Sequence record: PP627281.1
DNA length: 57,280 nucleotides
Source: Escherichia phage KS_W4
Direction: 5' to 3' (one strand)
A program made the position numbers and the translations under genes. Below, in pieces: positions 47,009 through 55,029 of the stretch. The first letter of the stretch is position 1, and each line of letters begins with the position of its first letter. The notes beneath the pieces were generated by a model, which did no database searches, was not told the origin of the DNA, and was given only the letters and a program-made list of their open reading frames with translations.

Positions 47009-47198
47009 AAACCGCTCCTGCATACTGCTTTAAGACAGGCTCTGCAACTTCGCGCACGTAAACGTACACGTTAGCAATTTTAACTTCGCCCGGCAGCTTA
47101 CCGCGTAGCGAACACAACTTGCGACGGCTAAGACCGAAGCGCTTCTCAATTTCTGATGTGGTTATGTATTTAAGATCAAATTCTTTTTGATGGTTCAT
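46998..47198 (-). CDS. putative HTH DNA-binding protein
   Basis: 66-aa ORF with GGAGG RBS; ITTSEIEKRFGLSRRKL resembles a helix-turn-helix; first gene downstream of the repeat-rich non-coding region. Confidence 0.45.
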   Translation of the reverse strand: MNHQKEFDLKYITTSEIEKRFGLSRRKLCSLRGKLPGEVKIANVYVYVREVAEPVLKQYAGAVYGS

Positions 47199-47357
47199 AC
47201 CTACCTCCTAACAGCACTATACACAATCCATAGTAATGCAGCCACAATTATTCCACATGAAGTTATGATGTGAGAGGATTGTTAATATATAACCACATGT
47301 GATGGAAAGTTTTGGGTAGGAATAGTTGGTGCTCCACAGTTTGCGCAATGTGACCGA

Positions 47358-47394
47358 AAGTTTTGTGAGTTTTGCAAAGTTTTGCGAAGTTTTG
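47358..47394. repeat. tandem iteron-like repeats (RAGTTTTG x4, about 10-bp period)
   Basis: Copies begin at 47358, 47367, 47377 and 47387; additional copies at 47307 and about 47445; inverted copy CAAAACT near 47796. Confidence 0.7.
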
Positions 47395-47585
47395 TGGTGC
47401 CACTGTTGCTAAAAACTTTAATAAAAACAATAAGTTGGTGCAGTAAGTTTTTGCGTTTTGGGGTAAAACGCATTTTTTACCCTAACACCCAAATCCCGAC
47501 TGTTAGTAAAAAACGTATATAAATCAATAGCATAGATACTAAATGAATAGTGAATGGAATGGGTAGAAATCCAAATGATGGAAGT

Positions 47586-47600
47586 GGAATAAATTATTCC
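47586..47600. repeat. palindromic operator-like site GGAATAA-A-TTATTCC
   Basis: 15-bp near-perfect palindrome; surrounded by several TGGAAT(A) repeats between 47550 and 47630. Confidence 0.55.
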
Positions 47601-47866
47601 TACTTGATAGAATAATGGAATCGGTACTCCAGAGCGCAAAAACCTAAAACTTTCAGTCAACAGACTAAAAACGGATAGAAACTAAAAGTTAATAAGTAAT
47701 ACCATAAATATATATAAAATAAGGATTTATTAGTAATGTATATAGTACCTATTGGTATTATTTGAATGTTTTTGGGTCATTGTTAAAAAGTCCCAAAACT
47801 CACAAAAAGTGAAAGAATACAAATCGTGACAGGATTGTTAATGGAATATGGTGTATGGATATACAG

Positions 47867-47913
47867 TATTATTCCAGATTCCGGAATAATTGGAATAATG
47901 GAATAAATTATTG
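47867..47913. repeat. second cluster of GGAATAAT/ATTATTCC palindromic sites
   Basis: ATTATTCC (47868-47875) and GGAATAAT (47883-47890) are inverted; followed by GGAATAATGGAATAAATTATTG. Confidence 0.55.
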
Positions 47914-48026
47914 AACTATTGTGATCGGAAGGTATATCAAGCTATAATGCGCTTAATCGCGGGATATTGGAGGAGGACTTTATTGCGCGGTTAACCGGAC
48001 CAGTAGGAGGGCTGGCCCGGAGTAGT

Positions 48027-48353
48027 TTAAAGCTGTACAGGTATGAAGTGGGCTAGCGTATCGTCGGACATAATACCCGACAGTTTTTCGCTTACCCAGT
48101 CGGACCAAATGCTATCCGGTTCCTGGCGATGCACAAACCAGATTTCGGATGTGCCTTCTTTGCGCATCGGTTGCACTTCTGCAAGGAACTTGTCCTGCAT
48201 AAGACGGGTGAAGCATACGCTGGTCATTGGAACCGGCTTTTCGTCTTTATTGTAATAAGGGATTAATATTTTATTTCCGAAGTCGGCAACTTCATAAACT
48301 GTTCCTTTTCGCAAGCCTTGGATGTCAGTGTAAGAGCGAATGAACTTTTTCAT
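48027..48353 (-). CDS. hypothetical protein
   Basis: 108-aa ORF. Confidence 0.4.
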   Translation of the reverse strand: MKKFIRSYTDIQGLRKGTVYEVADFGNKILIPYYNKDEKPVPMTSVCFTRLMQDKFLAEVQPMRKEGTSEIWFVHRQEPDSIWSDWVSEKLSGIMSDDTLAHFIPVQL

Positions 48354-48355
48354 AT

Positions 48356-48532
48356 TTATTTCCTTACGAACACAGAGCCGACGAATAACGTTGATTGAGT
48401 AGCAGCTTGCTCGATTAATTCTCCAACAAGCTGGGACTGGTTTAGAGGTTTAAGGCCTTCTTTGGCGCGTGCTTCATTTACACGACGTTGAAGGTCTTTT
48501 AAGTATTGAGTTGCAAAGCTATCTAATTGCAT
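48356..48532 (-). CDS. hypothetical small protein
   Basis: 58-aa ORF (MQLDSFATQYLKDLQRR...) found by manual translation; stop lies 3 nt before the downstream gene start; below the ORF-track cutoff. Confidence 0.35.
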   Translation of the reverse strand: MQLDSFATQYLKDLQRRVNEARAKEGLKPLNQSQLVGELIEQAATQSTLFVGSVFVRK

Positions 48533-48587
48533 TTTCTTATCCTTAGGGCTCCCGCAGAAGCCCGTTAGTGAACAGTGTGGTTATAGA

Positions 48588-49202
48588 TTATGCGTCCAGT
48601 CCGTTGTATTTGCGCCAGGCGTAGAACTGAATGGCTACCGTTGTCCCGTTGTAAGAAGGCATTGCAGCTTTCATCTCTTTCAGCTCCGGCGTGCGGCCCA
48701 GTTCGGCCAAAAGTTTGTCGCCCATTGCCCACACTTCGGCAGTTTTTCCTTTCAGGGGCTTGCGAGCGCCATTTTTGAAATCACAGCGAGCAGCTTTTAC
48801 ATCCTGTTTTGGCGCGGCAGCTTTTGGCTCTTCAATTTTGATTTCAGAAACCTGCGTGGCAGCTTTTGCGTGTTTCATATCTTTCTCTTCCTCCTGCTCC
48901 AGAGCTTCGAGGCAGCTTTTGACGATTTCCGGATTTACCATCGGGCGCAGTACCGAGGCGCTAGCAGCTGGCGCGGCGGTCGGTGCCGGGACTTTCTGCT
49001 CCGGCTTTTGAGCTTTTTCGTGCTCGCGCAGCACCTGAAGGACTTCCTTTTCAACAATGTAAAAACCAATATCGTCCTGATGGATTAACTGTTCATGTGC
49101 GTCGCGTGCAACCTGACCCCAGCGAGTTTTCAGAGCGCGGCGTGCATTCGTTTTCATGGTGTAGCGCATTTTGTCCTGTTCGCGGTGAGTTACTTTAGAC
49201 AT
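48588..49202 (-). CDS. hypothetical protein, paralog of the 32302-33114 product (shared C-terminal domain)
   Basis: about 204 aa from ATG 49202 (AAAGGAG RBS); C-terminus VWAMGDKLLAELG...TVAIQFYAWRKYNG aligns with the C-terminus of the A/K-rich protein. Confidence 0.5.
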   Translation of the reverse strand: MSKVTHREQDKMRYTMKTNARRALKTRWGQVARDAHEQLIHQDDIGFYIVEKEVLQVLREHEKAQKPEQKVPAPTAAPAASASVLRPMVNPEIVKSCLEALEQEEEKDMKHAKAATQVSEIKIEEPKAAAPKQDVKAARCDFKNGARKPLKGKTAEVWAMGDKLLAELGRTPELKEMKAAMPSYNGTTVAIQFYAWRKYNGLDA

Positions 49203-49232
49203 GGTATAGCTCCTTTCGTTAAAGTTAGTTTG

Positions 49233-49262
49233 CTTATTATTGCCCACCGTGATAGTAGGCAA
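49233..49262 (-). promoter_or_regulatory. putative minus-strand promoter (TTGCCT ... GGGCAATAATAAG)
   Basis: Minus-strand TTGCCTA-N14-GGGCAATAATAAG just upstream of the gene starting at 49202; same motif repeated at 49553-49585. Confidence 0.35.
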
Positions 49263-49275
49263 TGTATAAGAAAAC

Positions 49276-49524
49276 TTACTGGACGATAGCAACGAAATCC
49301 GCGTTTGCGATGTCCATGCTTGCGAAAGCAACGATGCTATAGTCTGTGTCGTTTTCGGCGTTAAACGCTTTGAGGAACTGCTGTACCGCTGCTTTATGGT
49401 TAAGCGTTACGTCGATAGCATAGTCCCAGCTATAGACTTTGCGCTTGCCAAAACCTTTAACTGCAATGCGTGCGCCTTTGGTGTTAGTTGGTGCCAAAAA
49501 TTTAGTGATGATAGAAGTAGCCAT
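49276..49524 (-). CDS. hypothetical protein
   Basis: 82-aa ORF with GAGGA RBS downstream of a promoter-like motif. Confidence 0.45.
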   Translation of the reverse strand: MATSIITKFLAPTNTKGARIAVKGFGKRKVYSWDYAIDVTLNHKAAVQQFLKAFNAENDTDYSIVAFASMDIANADFVAIVQ

Positions 49525-49552
49525 GATGTAATCCTCGTTTTGTTTAAGTTGA

Positions 49553-49585
49553 CTTATTATTGCCCAGTCAGATCAACTAGGCAAG
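49553..49585 (-). promoter_or_regulatory. putative minus-strand promoter (TTGCCT-N17-AATAAT)
   Basis: Minus-strand TTGCCTAGTTGATCTGACTGGGCAATAATAAG upstream of the gene starting at 49524. Confidence 0.4.
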
Positions 49586-49591
49586 ATATAA

Positions 49592-49755
49592 ATCAACTAT
49601 TTTCGCTCACATAATCCAGTGCAGCTTCGAGGAAATAAAATTCTTCCTGCTTATATAAGCTGATTGCCCACTCCAGCTGAGCGCGAGTAAGGTGGCGGTA
49701 TTTGTTGTCGATGCTATAGCTGCGACCGAAGTAAATGATATTGAAGTAGTTGAAC
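49592..49755 (-). CDS. hypothetical small protein
   Basis: 53-aa ORF (MFNYFNIIYFGRSYSIDNKYRHL...) with GGAGG RBS, found by manual translation; first gene of the minus early block. Confidence 0.35.
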
Positions 49756-50073
49756 ATAACGCGCCTCCAAGTGTGGTTAAGAAGTAGTACCGTGTTGCTA
49801 TGGGTACATAATAGCGATGCATTGTGATATTGAATAGGCCAAACGTGCTATTTTGATCTTGTTTTGCATCTAGTGAAAATTATGCTTGCCCTGCATGTTT
49901 AGCACTAATGGCCTAACTAACATCACACGATCTTGTCTACGCGCGTGCATACATACATATAAGGAGCGCCGGACCGGATCGGACCGACCAGGGACACACA
50001 ACCGTCCCTATCTGCCCTGTAAACTGGTCCACGGACCGGTCCAAAATATTTTTATAAAAGATGCAAAAAGGTG

Positions 50074-50102
50074 TAGACATATGATCAATCTAACCCTACT
50101 AT
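50074..50102 (+). promoter_or_regulatory. putative sigma70-type rightward promoter (TAGACA-N17-TACTAT)
   Basis: Hexamers with 17-bp spacing about 50 bp upstream of the first plus-strand early gene (50152). Confidence 0.4.
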
Positions 50103-50151
50103 ATACACATACCGCAAGGGTACTACAAATTAACTTAAAGGGGTTTACATC

Positions 50152-50355
50152 ATGTCTATTCGTAACGTTATCTGTGTAATGGTTGCAAACAATAATTTTG
50201 GTTTCGTAGAAGGTGCAGAGTATAAAATGGATCTTAAGACTCGTTGCATTATTAAAGGTGAAGAGGAATGGCGTGCAGTGGTAGAAGATCGCGGCGATAT
50301 CTACATCTATAGTTCTGATACAATGAAAACTATTGCCGTCTTCGAATTTAACTAA
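50152..50355 (+). CDS. hypothetical early protein
   Basis: 67-aa ORF with AAAGGGG RBS. Confidence 0.45.
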   Translation: MSIRNVICVMVANNNFGFVEGAEYKMDLKTRCIIKGEEEWRAVVEDRGDIYIYSSDTMKTIAVFEFN

Positions 50356-50423
50356 GCTAACTTATACAATGGGCATTAGTACAGTGCCCATTAATAAGCT
50401 AACTAATTATAACGAGGTGTATT

Positions 50424-50609
50424 ATGTCTACGAACACTGTGAAGTCTGTAAATAATAGCAACAGAACATTTAAAGTTATGTACTATGGCGAATATATCGG
50501 AGACGTTACAGCTCCCAGCCGCATCGCTGCGGAAGACTTCGTCCGCGCAGAGATGCAACTTGGAATTGCCGATTTTGCAGCCATTATCGAACTGGTAGAG
50601 GTGTACTAA
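50424..50609 (+). CDS. hypothetical early protein
   Basis: 61-aa ORF with GAGGTG RBS. Confidence 0.45.
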   Translation: MSTNTVKSVNNSNRTFKVMYYGEYIGDVTAPSRIAAEDFVRAEMQLGIADFAAIIELVEVY

Positions 50610-50610
50610 T

Positions 50611-50754
50611 ATGTCACGTAAATACACGCTTACACGCGCACAGCACGCGCTATTATTGCAGGTTATGCGCATGGAGTACGAAGAGACTACATGGGCGCAG
50701 GCCATGCAGACAGGGCGCGAGTTCTACGCGCAACTAATAGCACAAAATGCCTAG
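50611..50754 (+). CDS. hypothetical small protein
   Basis: 47-aa ORF coupled to the upstream stop (TAATATG); manual translation. Confidence 0.3.
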   Translation: MSRKYTLTRAQHALLLQVMRMEYEETTWAQAMQTGREFYAQLIAQNA

Positions 50755-51052
50755 ACAACATGATCGGTCTGGTGGATACTACACACATCAACCAAACAAC
50801 GGGGTAAACAAAATGCGTAGTTTCAAATGTGTAAGCGTAAACGATAATGCTAAGGCTAGTGCAAAGGGTCTGTTCACAGTAGGTAATGTGTATGACTTCA
50901 ACATGGAAAGTTATATACACATGACCCTCACGGGCGTAATGTTCGGCGACGTTGGTGCGGTGCGCTGCGAATTAAACAAGTACACGGAAAAGGAATATGC
51001 TCTTATCAGCCGCTACACGGGCGAGCCGTTAGCTGTGTTCCATGCAGCTTAA
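50747..51052 (+). CDS. hypothetical protein
   Basis: 101-aa ORF; alternative ATG at 50813. Confidence 0.35.
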   Translation: MPRQHDRSGGYYTHQPNNGVNKMRSFKCVSVNDNAKASAKGLFTVGNVYDFNMESYIHMTLTGVMFGDVGAVRCELNKYTEKEYALISRYTGEPLAVFHAA

Positions 51053-51485
51053 GCTATAACGCACACAGCGCCACGCTAGCGAGCTAATGCACAAAGGCAA
51101 TGGTAATGCATTAGCTCGGGCGAAACAGGCGCACAGCGTCGCGCACAGCTCACACAGCTCACACAGACCCACGCAGGCCCAGCCGCGCGACCCCACCCAT
51201 CCTTTTCCAGGTACTTGGAGCGCCGGGGCGTGCCCGTCCATCCTGATAGTAAGTGCTTGTCTAAATCTCACCCATCACATAGCCTATCCACCTACATCCA
51301 TGACCCCACCTACCTTCTTTTTGAATATATTGCGCTCATCCTTTCTAAATATATGGATTTTGGTAGTAAATTCTGAGTCGTCAACGTATAATTCGTCTTG
51401 TAGCTGCTCCATAGCTACCATCTTTAAGCGGATGCAACCAATTTCTATCAATTCTTACCAGTTTTACAGCATCAAGGAGGTATTT

Positions 51486-51713
51486 ATGTGCGACTCCAGT
51501 GCAAGCGCTACACCCAGCACCTCCAGCAATGTGGTTACAGAGGTAAATGCAATGCGATTAGGTCCATATCGCGGCTATTATGGTCGTGCTGCATGGAATG
51601 ACGCTACTCAACGTTTTGAAGGCTGGATTATCTGCCCGGAACGTGTTAAATTTCACTCCGTAAAGAGAAAAATATCGTTCTTAATTTTCAAAAATGTGTC
51701 ACTAAATATGTAG
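51486..51713 (+). CDS. hypothetical protein
   Basis: 75 aa from ATG 51486 with strong RBS AAGGAGG; the longer tracked ORF (51087-) runs through a non-coding-looking region and was trimmed. Confidence 0.45.
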   Translation: MCDSSASATPSTSSNVVTEVNAMRLGPYRGYYGRAAWNDATQRFEGWIICPERVKFHSVKRKISFLIFKNVSLNM

Positions 51714-51726
51714 AGGAGCAAGAAGA

Positions 51727-52017
51727 ATGCGTGTAGAAGAGATTGTTGAAGGTAAAGAGTATCGTCTGCTGACTGACATTGGTGGTGTTGGGTATACTCC
51801 GGATGATGCAGCTTGTTTTAACGTCCTTCCGCAAGGTGCTATCGTGACAGTTAACAAGGTCGTTACCGATTTATACAGCGTTCATGACGGCAGATGGCCA
51901 CATGCAGTTATTGTCACCTTCGGTAAAGATGGATATGTGGATCTTGACGGCGAAGATGACGCTTACGAAGTTGCTTATACAGGTCTTGTAAGCCCCAATT
52001 TCCTGGAAGAAGTATAA
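51727..52017 (+). CDS. hypothetical protein
   Basis: 96-aa ORF with GAGGAG RBS; followed by a GGGCTC-TACG-GAGCCC hairpin. Confidence 0.45.
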   Translation: MRVEEIVEGKEYRLLTDIGGVGYTPDDAACFNVLPQGAIVTVNKVVTDLYSVHDGRWPHAVIVTFGKDGYVDLDGEDDAYEVAYTGLVSPNFLEEV

Positions 52018-52068
52018 TTATCAATCTATAATGGGCTCTACGGAGCCCTTAATTATCTGGAGATTGTT

Positions 52069-52374
52069 ATGCTGTATTTAGGAATGGATTTAAATCGAGA
52101 AAAACCGGATATCCCTGCGGTCGATTCTAAAACTGCAATCAAAGTCCTGTTTTTCGATCAGGAAATCCCTGTAGAGCCGGACGCTACTCACATAGCGGTA
52201 GATGCTAATGGTGTTGTTCATTGCTACTGGGCAAAACCTATCAGGTATAAACGCGGTAACGAATGGCTTATGGGTCATGGTAATATACGTGTTCGCTACT
52301 GCGGCGAAGTTGACCTTGAAGGTATGGACTGGCGCGATACGTTGAAGGAGATTACTACATATGTCCACAGCTGA
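52069..52374 (+). CDS. hypothetical protein (VDLEGxDW family)
   Basis: 101 aa; C-terminal GEVDLEGMDWRDTLKEI matches the ORF at 31271-31525. Confidence 0.5.
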   Translation: MLYLGMDLNREKPDIPAVDSKTAIKVLFFDQEIPVEPDATHIAVDANGVVHCYWAKPIRYKRGNEWLMGHGNIRVRYCGEVDLEGMDWRDTLKEITTYVHS

Positions 52375-52450
52375 AGTTACCACATTCATAATAGCTTTTG
52401 CGGTTGCTTTATTTCTTCTAGCTAAGTTAGATTTATTTATTGGGTAACTT

Positions 52451-52675
52451 ATGCGACTACTTATGGTTCTTGGTGTTATGATTGCCGCTTTCGTTGTATT
52501 TGCAATTGTGGACTCCAAAGAAATGGAGCGGCAAAACTGCCAGCGTACTGGTAACAGCCGGGAGGATATTATTTGGCAATATATTTACGATGCAAAAGGT
52601 AATGTTATGTCAATGTATCCTCAGGTTATTACTGAGTATGAATATAAATGTGATGACCGTAACAGGTGGAGATAA
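52451..52675 (+). CDS. hypothetical membrane-anchored protein
   Basis: 74 aa; N-terminal hydrophobic helix. Confidence 0.4.
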   Translation: MRLLMVLGVMIAAFVVFAIVDSKEMERQNCQRTGNSREDIIWQYIYDAKGNVMSMYPQVITEYEYKCDDRNRWR

Positions 52676-52677
52676 TA

Positions 52678-53157
52678 ATGGAAGTTACTGAAGCTGCTAA
52701 ACGCATGGTGAAATTCTATGTTGGTTCTGATTCACCTTTAATTCGCGCTTTTGGTCAGGAGCTTTATGTTTTCCAGGGTAATCGAGAGGAGGCTGAAGAG
52801 GTCGCTCAGAAGATTCTTGATTTACAAGAAAAAGCTAAACGGGCGGATGCCCTGGAAGCTGAATGGCGAGCTCAGGAAGAACGTGCCGAAAATGCTGAAA
52901 CTAACCTTGTCGACATGCGTGCTGCTGAACACGCTTTATCCGATTCTTATATTCGTTTGCGTCAAATTGTTGGTGCAATGAATCCGCCGGGTGTGACCAG
53001 CGAAGAGGTGTGGGCGCATACCGAGAAGAAGGCTCAAGAGTTGCGTGATCGCTGCGAAGCTCTGGAAGCTGTAGCAAAGGACTTCCTGCGTCGTAATAAA
53101 TATGGTCCTTTGTTCTATCGTGATTTGTATAATCGTTTTAAGGAGATTGTGGAATGA
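52678..53157 (+). CDS. hypothetical protein
   Basis: 159 aa from ATG 52678 (AGGTGGAG RBS); acidic and helical. Confidence 0.45.
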   Translation: MEVTEAAKRMVKFYVGSDSPLIRAFGQELYVFQGNREEAEEVAQKILDLQEKAKRADALEAEWRAQEERAENAETNLVDMRAAEHALSDSYIRLRQIVGAMNPPGVTSEEVWAHTEKKAQELRDRCEALEAVAKDFLRRNKYGPLFYRDLYNRFKEIVE

Positions 53158-53423
53158 TTACTGCTCAAGAAGCTCGTGAATTGAGTGATAAGCTGGATAT
53201 TAGCGAAGATATTGAATTTATCAGTGATAGCATTCGCGTAGCTGCTACAAAGGGGTACAATAAAGTATCACTTGTAACTAAATACGGGGCTGTTGGCAAT
53301 CCTGACACTCAAGACCCAACCACTATGAAGATTGCTAAATGGTTAGCAGATTCAGGTTTTACTGTCCTATACTATCCTTCAATGGACCAACGTGATAATG
53401 AGCGTACTGAGGTAGCATGGTGA
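53154..53423 (+). CDS. hypothetical protein
   Basis: 89-aa ORF with AAGGAG RBS. Confidence 0.45.
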   Translation: MITAQEARELSDKLDISEDIEFISDSIRVAATKGYNKVSLVTKYGAVGNPDTQDPTTMKIAKWLADSGFTVLYYPSMDQRDNERTEVAW

Positions 53424-53490
53424 TTGAAGAAAATATCAAGTATTGGAAAGGTTTTATTGACGAAATGCTCAAACCATTGGAGAAGAAATA

Positions 53491-53883
53491 ATGCTATTAG
53501 TCGTCACCGGAGGGCGTAATTTTAAACATGTAGAGTATATTTATGCTCAACTGGATAAGTTGCATACGCAAAGAAGGATAACCACACTTCGCCACGGTGA
53601 CGCTGACGGTGTTGACCGGATTTGCGCACATTGGGCAGAGCGCAACGGTATTAAGACAGAAGCGTTCCCTGCCCCGTGGGACAATCTTTCCTTACCAAAT
53701 ACCAAGATACGGTATAACGCCAAGGGTGCTTATAATGCACAAGCTGGTGCTTACCGCAATCAATTAATGCTGGATACTGATCCTAAACCAGATCACGCTA
53801 TTGTGTTTCCTGGCGGAGCTGGTACTATGGACATGTACAGACGGATTAAAGCATCCGGTATTCCTTACACATTAGCGGAGTAA
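53491..53883 (+). CDS. SLOG/LOG-like Rossmann-fold protein (putative)
   Basis: 130 aa; VVTGGR, GDADGVD and VFPGGAGTMDM motifs resemble the LOG/SLOG superfamily. Confidence 0.35.
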   Translation: MLLVVTGGRNFKHVEYIYAQLDKLHTQRRITTLRHGDADGVDRICAHWAERNGIKTEAFPAPWDNLSLPNTKIRYNAKGAYNAQAGAYRNQLMLDTDPKPDHAIVFPGGAGTMDMYRRIKASGIPYTLAE

Positions 53884-53886
53884 ATA

Positions 53887-54357
53887 ATGGCTGACGTTAA
53901 AACTATTGTTGATGCAATGGACGAATCCAAAGACTGCCAACTGAAGAAGTCGTTTGAAGTAAAACAGGTTACAGAGACTCAGTTAATAGCAAGATTCGCA
54001 CGTCATTGCGGCTTGGGGCGCGGGAAAGACTGGAACGGGCTTATTGTTATGCCTACATCACAGATCCTTGTCTATGTCCGTAATGTTGTAGAAGATGTTC
54101 TGCGTCTTCAGGTTGAAATCGGTGATGTAGAAATTAACATGACCGCGAGCTCTACTATTGTGGTTAAATGGCAGTCGGGCGAGACACTTCGTTTGGAAGC
54201 GTGTCATTGTGCTAAGAGCTTGCACCACCTGCGCGGTTGTCACTACCAGTTTGTTGGCTTTGTGCATCTACAAGGGTTAAGCGGGCGTACGGCGATGGTA
54301 GCGCGTTTGCTGCTGCGTCCTTATAATAACGAGCCGGAAGTCATATACGAGGCATAA
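53887..54357 (+). CDS. hypothetical protein
   Basis: 156-aa ORF with GGAG RBS. Confidence 0.4.
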   Translation: MADVKTIVDAMDESKDCQLKKSFEVKQVTETQLIARFARHCGLGRGKDWNGLIVMPTSQILVYVRNVVEDVLRLQVEIGDVEINMTASSTIVVKWQSGETLRLEACHCAKSLHHLRGCHYQFVGFVHLQGLSGRTAMVARLLLRPYNNEPEVIYEA

Positions 54358-54358
54358 G

Positions 54359-54781
54359 ATGATTAAACATGTCAAACAGCCAACTTTAAATACATGCGTT
54401 TCTGCGTGTTTGGCAATGATCCTTAATAGACCTGTAGAAGAAGTAATTGCGGAATTTCATGATCGATATTACAACAACTGGGAAATAACAATTTCCGAAT
54501 ATTTAGTACAAAACAATGTTGACCACATCTGTTCTGTAGGCGGTGGGCGTGAGACTATATACATGGGTGGTTTGTTTTTGTGCACTGTCCCAAGTCTCAA
54601 TGTTCCTGGAGCACTGCATCAGGTTGTGATCGATACAACTAATCACAAGTTTATTGTACATGACCCAATTAAAGGTTGGGAAGGTAAAAAGTTCTACGTT
54701 GGCCCGGATCAAGATCCTGAACAGCCAGGAGCATTTATCATTCATACTTGGGTTAAAGACGTTGAGATTGTGCTTAATTAA
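54359..54781 (+). CDS. C39-like papain-fold cysteine peptidase (putative)
   Basis: 140 aa; QPTLNTCVSACLAMIL (Gln/Cys pair) and later LHQVVID (His) resemble the C39 peptidase catalytic arrangement. Confidence 0.4.
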   Translation: MIKHVKQPTLNTCVSACLAMILNRPVEEVIAEFHDRYYNNWEITISEYLVQNNVDHICSVGGGRETIYMGGLFLCTVPSLNVPGALHQVVIDTTNHKFIVHDPIKGWEGKKFYVGPDQDPEQPGAFIIHTWVKDVEIVLN

Positions 54782-54843
54782 AAACCTTGCTATCAGATAA
54801 CCCTTCATTGTATTGTGTACCCATCGAATAAGAGGGGTACACA

Positions 54844-55029
54844 ATGACCAAACTATACGCCGGATTGTTTTTATTTGCGACGTTAATGTTCGCTGGGCTT
54901 TATACCTATACAGTAGTCGAACAACCTTCCACGGTTATCCGAATCTTTGCAAGTACAGGGCTTTGTATCTGTCTTATTCTATTTGTTTTATGCATTGTTA
55001 TTATCCAAGACCAAAGGAAAATTAAATGA
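54844..55029 (+). CDS. small membrane protein (2 TM)
   Basis: 61 aa with two hydrophobic helices; RBS AGAGGGG. Confidence 0.4.
   Translation: MTKLYAGLFLFATLMFAGLYTYTVVEQPSTVIRIFASTGLCICLILFVLCIVIIQDQRKIK

Noticed and set aside
47358-47913. Possibility that the tandem and palindromic repeats are a CRISPR array
   Set aside because: Repeat units are 8-15 bp without uniform spacers; the architecture fits iterons/operators, not CRISPR repeat-spacer structure.
51087-51713. 208-aa plus-strand ORF spanning the non-coding region upstream of 51486
   Set aside because: N-terminal two thirds is low-complexity (HSSHSSHRPTQAQ...) with no RBS; only the last 75 codons follow a strong AAGGAGG RBS, so the gene was trimmed to 51486-51713.
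52357-53489. Very short ORFs (29 aa at 52357-52446; 24 aa at 53417-53489)
   Set aside because: Too short to support from sequence alone; possibly translated small peptides, but no evidence beyond an open frame.
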